Below, piece by piece: positions 39,890 to 52,650 of a stretch of DNA of 64,000 nt. The DNA is from Eledone cirrhosa. Taxonomy: Eukaryota. Where the stretch lies: positions 334,180,001-334,244,000 of the forward strand of contig OZ024741.1 of assembly GCA_964016885.1 (NCBI GenBank), in the 5' to 3' direction. The number at the start of each line of letters is the position of its first letter. Within the stretch, counting starts at the first letter, position 1. Position numbers and translations under genes: made by a program. The notes under the pieces were generated by a model. It was not told the origin of the DNA. It made no database searches and saw nothing but the letters and a program-made list of their open reading frames with translations.

Positions 39890-42490
39890 GTATCTGCTAA
39901 GTGGAATTTGAATTCAGAATGCAAATTTCAGGACCAAATACATTTAAATGACATCCTATACAATACTCTAACGATTCCATCAATTCAGCACCCTGTATAG
40001 ATACTTTATTTTATTGACCTTGCAAGGATGAAGGGTAAAGTTGACTTTAGTAGGTTTTGAAATCATAGTACTGATATCTGGAACAAATAGTAGCTATTCT
40101 ACCTCAGACTCTAACAACTCTCCCAATTTACTGCAATTATGGTATGGTCCCATAACTCCTGAGGGAGCCATAGTGGTATATGGCATTTTTTGCCATTTTA
40201 AGCCTGACAGAACTCAACACTTCTCCGGGTCTGAACACAGCAGATTTCTTCCAGAGAAGGATAGAAAGTAAGAGAATAGATGTGAGGAAGAGCTTTAGAG
40301 GAAGAATCAACCCCCAGTACTAAACTGGTACTTTTTATCGATCTCGAAAGGATAAAAGACAAAGTTCAACTTAAAGGGATTTGAACTGAGAGAGCAGAGA
40401 GGTGGAATGAATGCTATCAAACATTCTATCTGACATTCTAATAACTCAGCCAATTCCCCACATTACTGCAATTATAGGAAAATATTTAAAAAGAAATATC
40501 AAGAAAATGTATATTAATTAATAAAGGGCAAAGCATGACAAATAAACAAAACAAAGTAATGTTTTACCCAGTGTATTTCAATGTGATATTTCAGTCCTAA
40601 TACCCTCTTTTCAAATGTGAAACAGAAATGGTTCTAAACAAAAACAAACGATCGGTGTGCTCTTCTTAACTGGCTTTTTAAAACTTATCAGTCTTTTATT
40701 ACATATCTCTCAATGCTTCATATTAACTATAGTACTGTATATAAATTAAATTATATCCAATAATATATATTTCATCTTATCACATTTTCTTAGAATTAAT
40801 CTTTGCAGAAATCTTCCCTAAAACATAATTAATTTCTCTAATACTATCTATTTTCAAAGAACAAAAGTTTAATCTACACATAAAAGCTGATGGAATTGAA
40901 ATTAAAGGTCTTTCATATTCATTTAGAGCTAATTTACAATTAAATCAGATTTTAGATTTAATATTTGAATTTCAGAATCTAAAAAACAAAAATAAATATA
41001 ATTGGAATAAAAATAAAAAAGGAAAATAGAATTTTTGAATGAAATGTTTAGAAAACTAAATCCAAATTAATAACTACAAATAATTTCTAACATAGGTACA
41101 AGGCCAGCAATTTGGTGAGAGGGATAAGTTGATTATAATAACCCAAGTACTTAACTGGTGTTTTATCAACCCTGGAAGGAAGGGAAAAAATTCTTGAGGA
41201 GAAAGGAAAAGAGAATTTTAGAATAAAAGGTTTTGTAAACTAAACCCAAATTAACAACAACAATATGAATAATATAAAAAGTGGTGTGCTTATGAACGGA
41301 GATGCTATAAAATAGCTTTAAAATGGGATGAAAACCATTAAAGATTGAAAAAGAAGTTGACACCAGCTGCTATGAGGAAACAAACCTTGTATCTTCCAGA
41401 CACTGACTAGTAATAATTGTTTCTACTTTTGGCACAAGGCCAGCAATTACCCAGTGCATTACTGGTACTTTATTTTATCGACCCTGTAAGGATGAAAGGT
41501 AAAGTTGACCTCAGCGGGATTTGAACTCAGAATGGAAAGGGCCATAACTCTATACGTCAAAGCATGACATCCGACCCTCTACCGAAACTGCCAATCCACC
41601 TAGTAATAATTGTTTCCACTTTTAGCACAAGGCCAGCAATTACCCCAGTGTATTATTGGTACTTTATTTTATCGACCCCGTAAAGATGAAAGGCAAAGTT
41701 AACCTCGGCGGGATTTGAACTCAGAATGGCAAGGGCCGTAACTCTATGCATCAAAGCATGGCGTCCGACCCTTCACCTACTAATAATGTTTTCTAATATT
41801 GACACAAGACCTGCAATATTAGAGGAAGGGAAAGCCAATTACAAGGACCCCAGTACTTAGCTGGTACTTTATTTCATTGACCTGGCATGTTAAACTCGGC
41901 AAGATTTGAACTCAGAAATAAACACCTGGAGCAAATACAGCTAAACATTTGTTTTATACTCTAACAATGCTGCCAATCAATGGTCCCATACAATAGTAAT
42001 AATTGTTTCTACATTTGGCATAAGGCCAGCAATTTGATGGAAAGAGGAGAGTCAATTAAATCAACCCCAGTGCCTTACTGGTATTTTATATTATCAACCA
42101 CATAAGGATGAAAGGTAAAGCTAACCTCAGTGAGATTTGAACTCAGAACATATAGGGCCATAACTATATGCCACAAAACATGTTATCTGACACCCTACCT
42201 ATATTGCCAATCCACCACTCTTACAGATATAAATAATAATAATAGTAATAATTTCTACTTTAGGCCAATCATTTGAGGGGAGAGAAAAGTTGATTACATA
42301 ACATAACAGTTGTAGAATCAGTAGAGCATCAAATAAGATATTCTGTAGTATTTCTTCGTTTTTATTTTTTATTTATTTTTTTTTTTTCGCTATCTGAGTT
42401 CAAATCCTGCCATAGTCAACTTTGCCTTTTATTCTTACTGAGATCGATTTCATTGACTTTCTCCTTGTGTCTAAGACTAGAAATCGGTAT
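39890..42490 (-). mobile_element. Cluster of tRNA-derived SINEs with Nin-like central domain (best copies 41408-41600, 41601-41780, 41781-41980, 41996-42220; one + copy ~42300-42490)
   Basis: Minus: GGTGGATTGGCAG..GGTAGAG..CTGAGTTCAAATCCCGC.GAGGTCAACTTT.CCTTTCATCCTT...GGGTCGATAAAATAAAGTACCAG; AT-rich tails. Confidence 0.75.
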
Positions 42491-42644
42491 TATTCTTGTT
42501 TTTCTTGTTATTGTTGTTCCTTGTATTATATTTAATGTGTGCTTTCTCTGTTGTACCAAGTATAGCTAAGTGTGGACCTTTGCTATGTCCAGTGATTTGT
42601 TTTGGTTTTCTGTTTTCTGTAGTATTGAAAGTATTCTACAATAG

Positions 42645-42765
42645 TGATGGTATGTGGCTTAGTGGTTAGAAAGTTGGATACACAATAAGCAGGTTGTGAG
42701 TTTGATTCCACGGCTGGGCAATTTATTATGTCCTTGAGCAAGATACTTTATTTCATGTTGCTCCT
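42645..42765 (+). mobile_element. Decayed SINE head (family of 5839-6182)
   Basis: TGGCTTAGTGGTTAG...GTTGTGAGTTTGATTCC...CCTTGAGCAAGATACTTTATTTCA. Confidence 0.65.
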
Positions 42766-43489
42766 TCTGTCAAGAGTTGCAATTGGTAGATAGTATCAGC
42801 AATTGGAAAGACCAATGAAAACATTGTTTCCCTGGTCCGATCCGATGAGTTCCACCACATAATTCCACCACACTCCATAAGTGAATGAAGTCTGGGATTT
42901 TGTTGATTTGGATCTTCCCTTCCTTTTCCTACATATTACATGAACAGGGTATAGTTGTAGTATTTTTTGTATGTTTTGCATATTTAGTTAGCACCAACCC
43001 TACATTTCAGTGGTACACTCTCAGATTTAGAAAATAGTATATTTAAAAAAATGCCTTGAAATAACATTTTGGCTGAAAGAATGCTTGCCCAGAATGTTCT
43101 GAAGCTCTTGTCCACCACCAAACACCAAAGCCTAGCAACTGTATTGGACTGAACTGGATTAGACTGTCATCCCATTAGGGTGGAGTTTTGTACTCTCAGT
43201 TGCTTAACAGTATGAAATTGGAACAAGCTCTGGGCTTTGTCTAACCCATTCAAGCCTGGAGGGATGGACATGAATAAAATAAATGCTGCAAAAGTTGTGG
43301 GGAAATTAACAAAATCTATAAAGAAGCAGAAAGAACTGAACAGAGTGTGTGTGTGGGGGGGGGGGCAGTAATTGTCTAAACATAAAATATTGTATATAGG
43401 AGATTTGTTAATTAAAAGGCTTCAAATGTTTCCAAGCTAATTTATATAAAAGAGTAATAATTAAAAAGTGTATCTTGTGTTGGGTGTAA

Positions 43490-46025
43490 TGTGGTGTGGT
43501 GGTATTGGTTGTGGTGTGAGGCAGAGTGGTGTTGGTCATGGTGTGTGGTAGGGTGGTATTGGTTGTGGTGTGTGGTAGGGTGGTGCTGGTTGTGGTGTGT
43601 GGTAGGGTGGTGTTGGTCATGGTGTGTGGTAGGGTGGTATTGGTTGTGGTGTGTGGTAGGGTGGTGCTGGTTGTGGTGTGTGGTAGGGTGGTGTTGGTTG
43701 TGGTATATGGTAGGGTGGTGCTGATGCGGTGGTATTGGTTGTGGTGTGGTGGTAGTGGTTGTTGTATTGTTGTTGCTGGTAGTAGTGTTGGTGGTTGTGG
43801 TATTGCTGTTGGTGGTAGTAGTGGTGGTGGTTGTGGTATTGTTGTTGGTGGTTGTGGTATTGTTGTTGGTGGTAGTAGTGGTGGTGGTTGTGGTATTGTT
43901 GTTGGTGGTAGTAGTGGTGGTGGTTGTGGTATTGTTGTTGGTGGTAGTAGTGGTGGTGGTTGTGGTATTGTTGTTGGTGGTAGTAGTGTTGGTGGTTGTG
44001 GTATTGTTGTTGGTGGTAGTAGTGTTGGTGGTTGTGGTATTGTTGTTGCTGGTAGTAGTGTTGGTGGTTGTGGTATTGTTGTTGGTGGTAGTAGTGGTGG
44101 TGGTTGTGGTATTGTTGTTGGTGGTAGTAGTGGTGGTGGTTGTGGTATTGTTGTTGGTGGTAGTAGTGTTGGTGGTTGTGGTATTGTTGTTGGTGGTAGT
44201 AGTGGTGGTGGTTGTGGTATTGTTGTTGGTGGTAGTAGTGTTGGTGGTTGTGGTATTGTTGTTGGTGGTAGTAGTGTTGGTGGTTGTGGTATTGTTGTTG
44301 GTGGTAGTAGTGGTGGTGGTTGTGGTATTGTTGTTGGTGGTTGTGGTATTGTTGTTGATGGTAGTAGTGGTGGTGGTTGTGGTATTGTTGTTGGTGGTAG
44401 TAGTGGTGGTGGTTGTGGTATTGTTGTTGCTGGTAGTAGTGGTGGTGGTTGTGGTATTGTTGTTGGTGGTAGTAGTGGTGGTGGTTGTGGTATTGTTGTT
44501 GGTGGTTGTGGTATTGTTGTTGGTGGTAGTAGTGGTGGTGGTTGTGGTATTGTTGTTGGTGGTAGTAGTGTTGGTGGTTGTGGTATTGTTGTTGCTGGTA
44601 GTAGTGTTGGTGGTTGTGGTATTGTTGTTGGTGGTAGTAGTGTTGGTGGTTGTGGTATTGTTGTTGGTGGTAGTAGTGTTGGTGGTTGTGGTATTGTTGT
44701 TGGTGGTAGTAGTGTTGGTGGTTGTGGTATTGTTGTTGATGGTAGTAGTGTTGGTGGTTGTTGTATTGTTGTTGGTGGTAGTAGTGTTGGTGGTTGTGGT
44801 ATTGTTGTTGGTGGTAGTAGTGTTGGTGGTTGTGGTATTGTTGTTGGTGGTAGTAGTGGTGGTGGTTGTGGTATTGTTGTTGGTGGTAGTAGTGTTGGTG
44901 GTTGTGGTATTGTTGTTGGTGGTAGTAGTGTTGGTGGTTGTGGTATTGTTGTTGCTGGTAGTAGTGGTGGTGGTTGTGGTATTGTTGTTGATGGTAGTAG
45001 TGGTGGTGGTTGTGGTATTGTTGTTGCTGGTAGTAGTGGTGGTGGTTGTGGTATTGTTGTTGGTGGTAGTAGTGTTGGTGGTTGTGGTATTGTTGTTGGT
45101 GGTAGTAGTGTTGGTGGTTGTGGTATTGTTGTTGCTGGTAGTAGTGGTGGTGGTTGTGGTATTGTTGTTGGTGGTAGTAGTGTTGGTGGTTGTGGTATTG
45201 TTGTTGATGGTAGTAGTGGTGGTGGTTGTGGTATTGTTGTTGATGGTAGTAGTGTTGGTGGTTGTGGTATTGTTGTTGGTGGTAGTAGTAGTGGTGGTTG
45301 TGGTATTGTTGTTGATGGTAGTAGTGGTGGTGGTTGTGGTATTGTTGTTGATGGTAGTAGTGGTGGTGGTTGTGGTATTGTTGTTGGTGGTAGTAGTGGT
45401 GGTGGTTGTGGTATTGTTGTTGGTGGTAGTAGTGGTGGTGGTTGTGGTATTGTTGTTGGTGGTAGTAGTGGTGGTGGTTGTGGTATTGTTGTTGATGGTA
45501 GTAGTGGTGGTGGTTGTGGTATTGTTGTTGATGGTAGTAGTGGTGGTGGTTGTGGTATTGTTGTTGGTGGTAGTAGTGGTGGTGGTTGTGGTATTGTTGT
45601 TGATGGTAGTAGTGTTGGTGGTTGTGGTATTGTTGTTGGTGGTAGTAGTGGTGGTGGTTGTGGTATTGTTGTTGGTGGTAGTAGTGTTGGTGGTTGTGGT
45701 ATTGTTGTTGGTGGTAGTAGTGGTGGTGGTTGTGGTATTGTTGTTGGTGGTAGTAGTGTTGGTGGTTGTGGTATTGTTGTTGGTGGTAGTAGTGGTGGTG
45801 GTTGTGGTATTGTTGTTGATGGTAGTAGTGGTGGTGGTTGTGGTATTGTTGTTGGTGGTAGTAGTGGTGGTGGTTGTGGTATTGTTGTTGGTGGTAGTAG
45901 TGTTGGTGGTTGTGGTATTGTTGTTGGTGGTAGTAGTGGTGGTGGTTGTGGTATTGTTGTTGGTGGTAGTAGTAGTGGTGGTTGTGGTATTGTTGTCAAT
46001 GGTTGTGGTATTGTTGTTGCTGGTT
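43490..46025. repeat. Compound minisatellite: ~8 x 27-bp units then ~63 x 36-bp units (GGTGGTAGTAGTG(G/T)TGGTGGTTGTGGTATTGTTGTT)
   Basis: Direct reading; 9-aa and 12-aa periodicity in the ORF track. Confidence 0.95.
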
Positions 46026-46299
46026 GTGAAAATGGTGGTAAAGTATTAAATAATGTTTCCGTTGAGGGCCCAATATGATTAAACTTTTCCAATAGACCTA
46101 AAAGACATTCAATTATAGATTAAAATCTACAATAAGTGTGAATAATTAACCAAAAATATATTATCAGCCCACTACCCCATTGCACCACCCCATTGCACCA
46201 CCCCATCGCAACACCGCTACCATCAACAACCACAACAACTTCACAGAAAATATTAGACCTTTTGTTACTGTCTACTTCTCAATCAAAATGAAACATTAA

Positions 46300-46872
46300 A
46301 ACTGGGTTGATGTTACTCTTTTTAGTATTGTTGTTCATTGTGTTGATGATGCTATTGTTGATACTGTTGTTGTTGTTGTTTTCGTTGTTGATGTTGTTTT
46401 TGATGCTGATGATTATTTTTGTTGTTGTTGGTGTTGTTTTTGTTGTCAATGTTGTTATTGGTGTTGTTGCTGTTGTTGTTATTGTTATTGGCAGTGATGT
46501 TGATGGTGATGATGTTACTGAAAATGATGACAATGATTATGTTGTTTGATGATGCTGTTGTTGGTAATGCCTTTCTTGGTGTAGATGATGATGTTGTTGT
46601 TGTTGATGTTGTTGATGTTGTTTGTTGTTGTTGATCATATTGGTAATGCTGCTATTGTTGCTGTTGATGTTGTTAGTCTTGTTGGTGATGTTGATGTTGC
46701 TGGTGTTCATATTGGTGTTGCTGCTGGTGCTGATGCTGTTGTTGGTGCTATTAATACTATGTGGTTGCTGATGTTGTTATTGATGATGCTGTTGTAATTG
46801 ATGTTGCTGTTGTATTTGATGTTATTACATACAGTTTTTTGGTGGTGATGATTGTGTTGTTGTTGTTGTTGT
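46300..46872. repeat. Degenerate (GTT/GAT/GCT)n low-complexity tract
   Basis: Direct reading. Confidence 0.85.
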
Positions 46873-47088
46873 ATACTGTTTGCAGAATAAGGTTAGATGA
46901 AATTTTGATGCGTGACAGCCTTTAGATATTAAAGTTTATTTTTTGCATTTACTTTTTCCTCTTATGTATGTATATATAATGTGCTTATGTATGTGTGTAT
47001 ATAGATAATTATATAAATTATATATATATGAGAGAGAAAGGGTGTGTGTATATGTATATATACGCATATATATATATATGTGTATATG

Positions 47089-47123
<35 letters not shown>

Positions 47124-47255
47124 GTATATATATGTACATATATATATATATGTATATATATATATATGTGTATATATATGTACATATATATATATACATA
47201 TATATATATATGTATATATATGTACATATATATATATACATATATATATATATAC

Positions 47256-47286
<31 letters not shown>

Positions 47287-47351
47287 TGTACATATATATA
47301 TACATATATATATATATATATGTATATATATGTACATACATATATATATAT

Positions 47352-47665
47352 ATCTATCTATCTAAGGCGGGTAAAATTCCCGAGATCCATGGACGAGTTC
47401 TCTCCAGCGGTCTCTGTCCCTCATTATCGCTGCCATGTCCTGCGTCTCCAACAGACCAGTGTCTGTCCTTAGGGCATCAACATACGTTAACCTTGGTCTT
47501 CCTCTTCTAGAGAATGTTGAGAAGCCAGAGGGGATCACTAATGTAGGCGGGAAGCCGCTAGAACTGGTTGTGGGCTTCCTGTATTTGGGAGCAAAGATTG
47601 GGAATACGGAGGATGATGTGGTTGAGAGGAAGAGCAAGGCCTGGGCGGCGTGCCACAGCTTGAGA
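47352..47665 (-). mobile_element. RTE/RTE-X-like LINE fragment with inverted 5' part
   Basis: 47365-47506 minus = [17 protein letters not shown] + (TAGA)n tail; 47507-47665 plus = [34 protein letters not shown] (upstream RT thumb). Confidence 0.78.
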
Positions 47666-47734
47666 TATATATATATATATATATACATATATATATACAT
47701 ATATATACATATATATGTATATATATGTACATAC

Positions 47735-47765
<31 letters not shown>

Positions 47766-47778
47766 CATATATATATAT

Positions 47779-50700
47779 CATCATCATCATCATCATCATT
47801 TTACGTCCGCTTTTCCCTGCTTGCAAGGGTGGGACGGGTCTTATTCAGCACAGCATCTCTCCACTCATCACGGTCCCTCGTCATCTCCACCGTGAGCTTC
47901 AATGATCTGAGGTCTGTTCTCACCACCTCCGCCCATGTTTTTCGTGGTCTACCTCTACCACGTCTTCCTTCAACTGGCATTTTCTGGCACTTCTTCACCC
48001 ATCGGTCATCCTCCATACGCATCACATGTCCATACCACCTCAGTCTCCTCTCCCGTACACTACATTCTATCCCTCTCAGACACAGTTTCTCTCTCAACAC
48101 ATTTATGCTGGGTCGTTCACGCACATTTACATTGCACATCCAACGGAGCATGCTTGCCTCATTTCTCTCCAGCCATCGCATATCCTTTGTGGTTGCTGCC
48201 CATGTCTCATTACCATGCAGCATCGCGCTCCTCACACAGGCATCATACAACCGTCCTTTCGTACGCAGGGAGAAACCCTTCTTCGTCAACAGAGGAAGCA
48301 GCTCCCTAAACTTCTTCCAACCCGTCCTTATTCTAGATACTATGGCCTCGGAACACCCTCCTCCTATGCTAATCTGATCTCCTAGGTACCGGAAGCTATC
48401 CACCACTTTTATAGCGCCCTCTTGCATTTGAAAAATGTGTCTATCAGTGCGACTTCTACTGTCTAATTTCCCTGTACATCTACTGCATACATATTTCTCC
48501 CTACCTGTTAGTTTGCCTGCTATCCCACTACATCTCTTGTGTACCCAGAACCTGCATTGTGTGCATTTTATAGAATTTATGCCAGTTCCTTTTCTGCATA
48601 TCGAACATGGCCATTTCCCTGATGGAATCAGGGTTTTGTCCTCTTTTCTACTCATCAACACTTTTGTCTTAGCTAGATTTACTCTCAGTCCTCTTGCTTC
48701 CAACTGCTGTTTCCATAGCCGGAATTTATTCTCTAGCTCCTCTACTGATTCTGCTATAAGAGCCAGATCGTCAGCATAGAGAAGTTCCCATGGACAGCCA
48801 GTCTTAAACTCCTCTGTTATGGCTTGGAGGACTATAATGAACAAGAGCGGGCTGAGGACCGAACCCTGATGTACTCCTACTTGTATCTGGAATTCCTCAC
48901 TAAACTCCATTCCTACCCTGACTTTACTGAGAGTACCTCTGTACAAAGTTTGCACTGTCCTCACAAGCCATTCCTCAACACCTAGCTTCCTTAGGGACCA
49001 CCAGATGACAGATCGGGGTACCCTATCAAAGGCCTTCTCTAGGTCAACAAAGGCTAAGTATAGTGGCTTATTCTTCTCTAAGAACCTCTCTTGCATTTGT
49101 CTCACCAAGAAGAGGGCATCTGTTGTACTCTTCGCAGGCACAAAACCAAACTGCATCTCATCTAGTTTGACCCTTTCTCTAATTAGTTGTGCTAAAATCC
49201 TTTCTGCCACTTTCATAACCTGATCTATCAGTTTTATACCCCTATAATTGCTCCTCTCCAAAGCATCCCCTTTACCTTTGTAGCAATTTATGAGAATACT
49301 GCTGCACCAGTCTTTGGGTATGACACCACCATATATAGCCTGATTGATGATGCGTGCAACCAGTTTAGTGCCTATGTCCCCTGATGCCTTCAGCATCTCA
49401 GCAACTATTCCTGATGGTCCGGCCGCCTTACCATTTTTCATTTCCCTAATCGCCTCTTGGACCCTATATTCGTCAATCTCAATAGCTGGTCCCTCTGTCG
49501 GATCTACCAAGGGTAATTTCTCTCTCTCCCATTCGTTCTCCACATTCATCAGTCTCTCATAATGACATTTCCAGGCCTCCTTTTCTGGTCATTCGTGACA
49601 CTAAGTACACCGGCATCATCCCGGACACATTTATCTCCAACAACATCCTGATTTGCATTGACACACTGCCTTGCAATGTGGAACACCGCACGCCTCTGAT
49701 CTTCCCATCGCAGAACATTGGCAAACCTCCTACTCTCTGCCTCCCTGCGTGCTAAGTACACCTGATGTCTAGCTTCTCTCTTAGTGGCTGTATATTCTTC
49801 CCTACTCCCACCCTTTTTCCAAGCCTTCCATGCTAGTCTTTTGTCTCTAATAGCCTTATCTACTGTGGTGTTCCACCACCAGGTCACTCTCTGTCTGGTT
49901 GGAGCTCTGCTCCAGCCACAGGTTTCATCAGTAGCCTGCAGCAAGTTGTCACGTAAGAACTTCCAGTTATTATCTATGTCATACGTCTCTAAATCGTCTT
50001 CTTTTTCGTCATATACATCTTGAAGGGCTTTCCTAAATTTGTATTTTAGTGAAAGGTCTTTTAGCTTCCAGACCTTTCTTCTCCACACCTTCCTATATGT
50101 CTCATTCCATCTCTTGCTTACTGAGATATCACTAACAAATAACCTATGCTGTGGGGTACATTCTTCCCCAGGGTATGCCTTGGTATTAGACACTATCTGC
50201 CTGTCCCGCTGCCTAACTAGCAGGAAGTCAATCTGGCTTATGTGCTCACCAGATTTGTAGGTTATTAGGTGATTGGCAGGTTTCTGGAAGTTTGTGTTGC
50301 AAATAGTCAATGTACTCGCATCACAAAATTCAAGAAGTCTCACTCCTTCTTCATTTCTTGAACCGTAACCGTGCCCACCATGTACCCCAGTGTAACCATC
50401 CTGGAGCTGTCCAACATGACCATTGAAGTCTCCTGCTAGCATAACGATGTCTCCGTCCTCTGTCATTGTGGTTGTTTGCAAAAGTTGCTCATAAAAGCAG
50501 TCTTTCTCATCTTTGCCTAGGCCTGCTTGGGGAGCATAGACCGAGATGATTGTCAGTAGTCTCCTACCTACAACTAATCTAAGCTTAATTATTCGATTAC
50601 TAACTCGAACTACCTCTATTGTCTTATTGATCCATTTCTCAGCCAGGAAAATGCCTACTCCCCCTAACCCATCATCCTTACCTACCCAGAATAGCTTATA

Positions 50701-51070
50701 GCTAAGACGCTTGCCTACGACTAGTCTCGCAGAGGCACCTCGCCATCTCACCTCTTGCACGCAGCACACATCCACCTGCCTTCTCTCCAGCATCTCCGCT
50801 ATTTCAGCAGATCTACCTCTGAGAGTGCCAACATTAAGTGTTGCAACTCTGAGATGCGACGTCTTCATATTTTGTTGTTGTTCCTATGCTGTTTTGTTGC
50901 TGTGCTGATAAGCATTTTGGCATTGATACACTGGTTGGATGCCCTTCCTAACACCAGCGCCACTTTACAGCATGGACTGGGTGCTTTTATTTGTGCCACC
51001 AGCACTAGAGAGGATGTCTTACTAGACTCAAGGGCCCTCTCTACCCCTCCATTTTACAGCATGGTCATGA
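47779..51070 (-). mobile_element. Near full-length RTE-clade LINE
   Basis: 5' UTR, APE endonuclease, RT, short 3' end and (GAT)n tail. Confidence 0.95.
47801..50868 (-). CDS. RTE LINE APE endonuclease-reverse transcriptase polyprotein with PHD-like finger; single 1-nt frameshift at ~49581-49584
   Basis: [44 protein letters not shown] (APE); [47 protein letters not shown] (RT); [20 protein letters not shown]. Confidence 0.92.
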
Positions 51071-52504
51071 AAAAAAAAAAAAAAAAAAAAACTTATTGAC
51101 ACGACGCACACACAAATACTCACACACCAATACTCATGCATACAAACCACAACCACACATACCAACACTCATTCATGCATACATCACACAGACCACTCAC
51201 AAACACATATATATACATATATTACCGACAGTACTGATACAAAATCAAAATCGTCAAAGTCAAAATCACTATCATGTCAACTGTTGACCTTTCCCAGTCC
51301 AGTTCAGCTTGTATATAATAATAATAACAATAATAATTGTTTGCTTTACGCTGGTAATGGCGGTGGTGGTGGTGAATGTTGGTGGATGGTGTCAGTGTGG
51401 TGGTGGTGGTGGATGGTATCAGCGTGGTGGTGGTGATGGATGGTCAGTGATGGTGGTGGCAGTTGTTGGTGCTGTAGTTGTTATTGTAGTTGTTGTCGTT
51501 GTTGTTGTTCTTCATTTCACTGCTGCTGTTGCTGCAGACAATGGTGTTGATGCTGTTATTGCTGTTGCATATATACAAATACATACATACACACACATTC
51601 AACACAGACGATGGTGTTGTTGCTGTTGTTGTTGTTGTTGTTGGTGTTGCTGCTGCTGTTGTTGTAGTTGTTGCTGTGTTGAAATCTGGTCGCATCCACT
51701 GAGATATACCTGTACACACACATACACATATGTATATACACATACATACATCAAAAGAGAGTCAGCAGTATGTCAACAGGGGACAGGACAGCGACCTTAG
51801 AGTAATGTGGTGATGGTGGGGAGCGAGTGTAGGCGCTATTGTTATTGTGGTGACGGGGGATCAGTGAGATGTACAAGTTCATAGATCACTTCTGTCTTTT
51901 CCTCTCTCTTCAAAATTTTGAATTTATGGCCTTTTGCAATGGCGGACAAGTATATATAATATATATATATGAAGCAAAGAAAAGAAAATTATATATACAT
52001 ATATATATAGACATATATATATACATATATATATATACATATATATACATACATATATATATATACATATATATGGTGGCTGCCAACTCGTTTTCGAGTA
52101 CGGCCACTACTTTATATCCATGTAGGGGAACCCCTACTGATGCGCTGAACGAGTTTGACTTTTTAGTCCAGCCAGCGACTTGAAAACTCTGGTACAAACA
52201 CTACACTTGTGACAATTATTGACACAGTGCTGGGCTCATGGTACCATGTGACGACAAGTGCAGAGGGATCTCCAGATATAAAGCAATGCCTGTGCCGTGA
52301 AGCTTTTATAGTGAGCAAAGCACTGCACAAAGCCAGTCCCACTCTCTTAACCAAGATGATATTTACCAAAAAGAATATACATATATATATACATATATAT
52401 ACATACATATATATATATACATATATATATACATATATATATACATACATATACATATATATACATATATATATATACATACATATATACATACATATAT
52501 ATAC

Positions 52505-52542
<38 letters not shown>

Positions 52543-52650
52543 GTATATATATATGTATATATATATGTATATATATATATATGTATGTATATATATATAC
52601 ATATATATATATATATACATACATATCTATATGTATATATATATATATAT

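Noticed and set aside
43526-46078. 850-aa Gly/Cys/Val and 767-aa poly-Val ORFs on +
   Set aside because: Frame artefacts of a triplet-based minisatellite.
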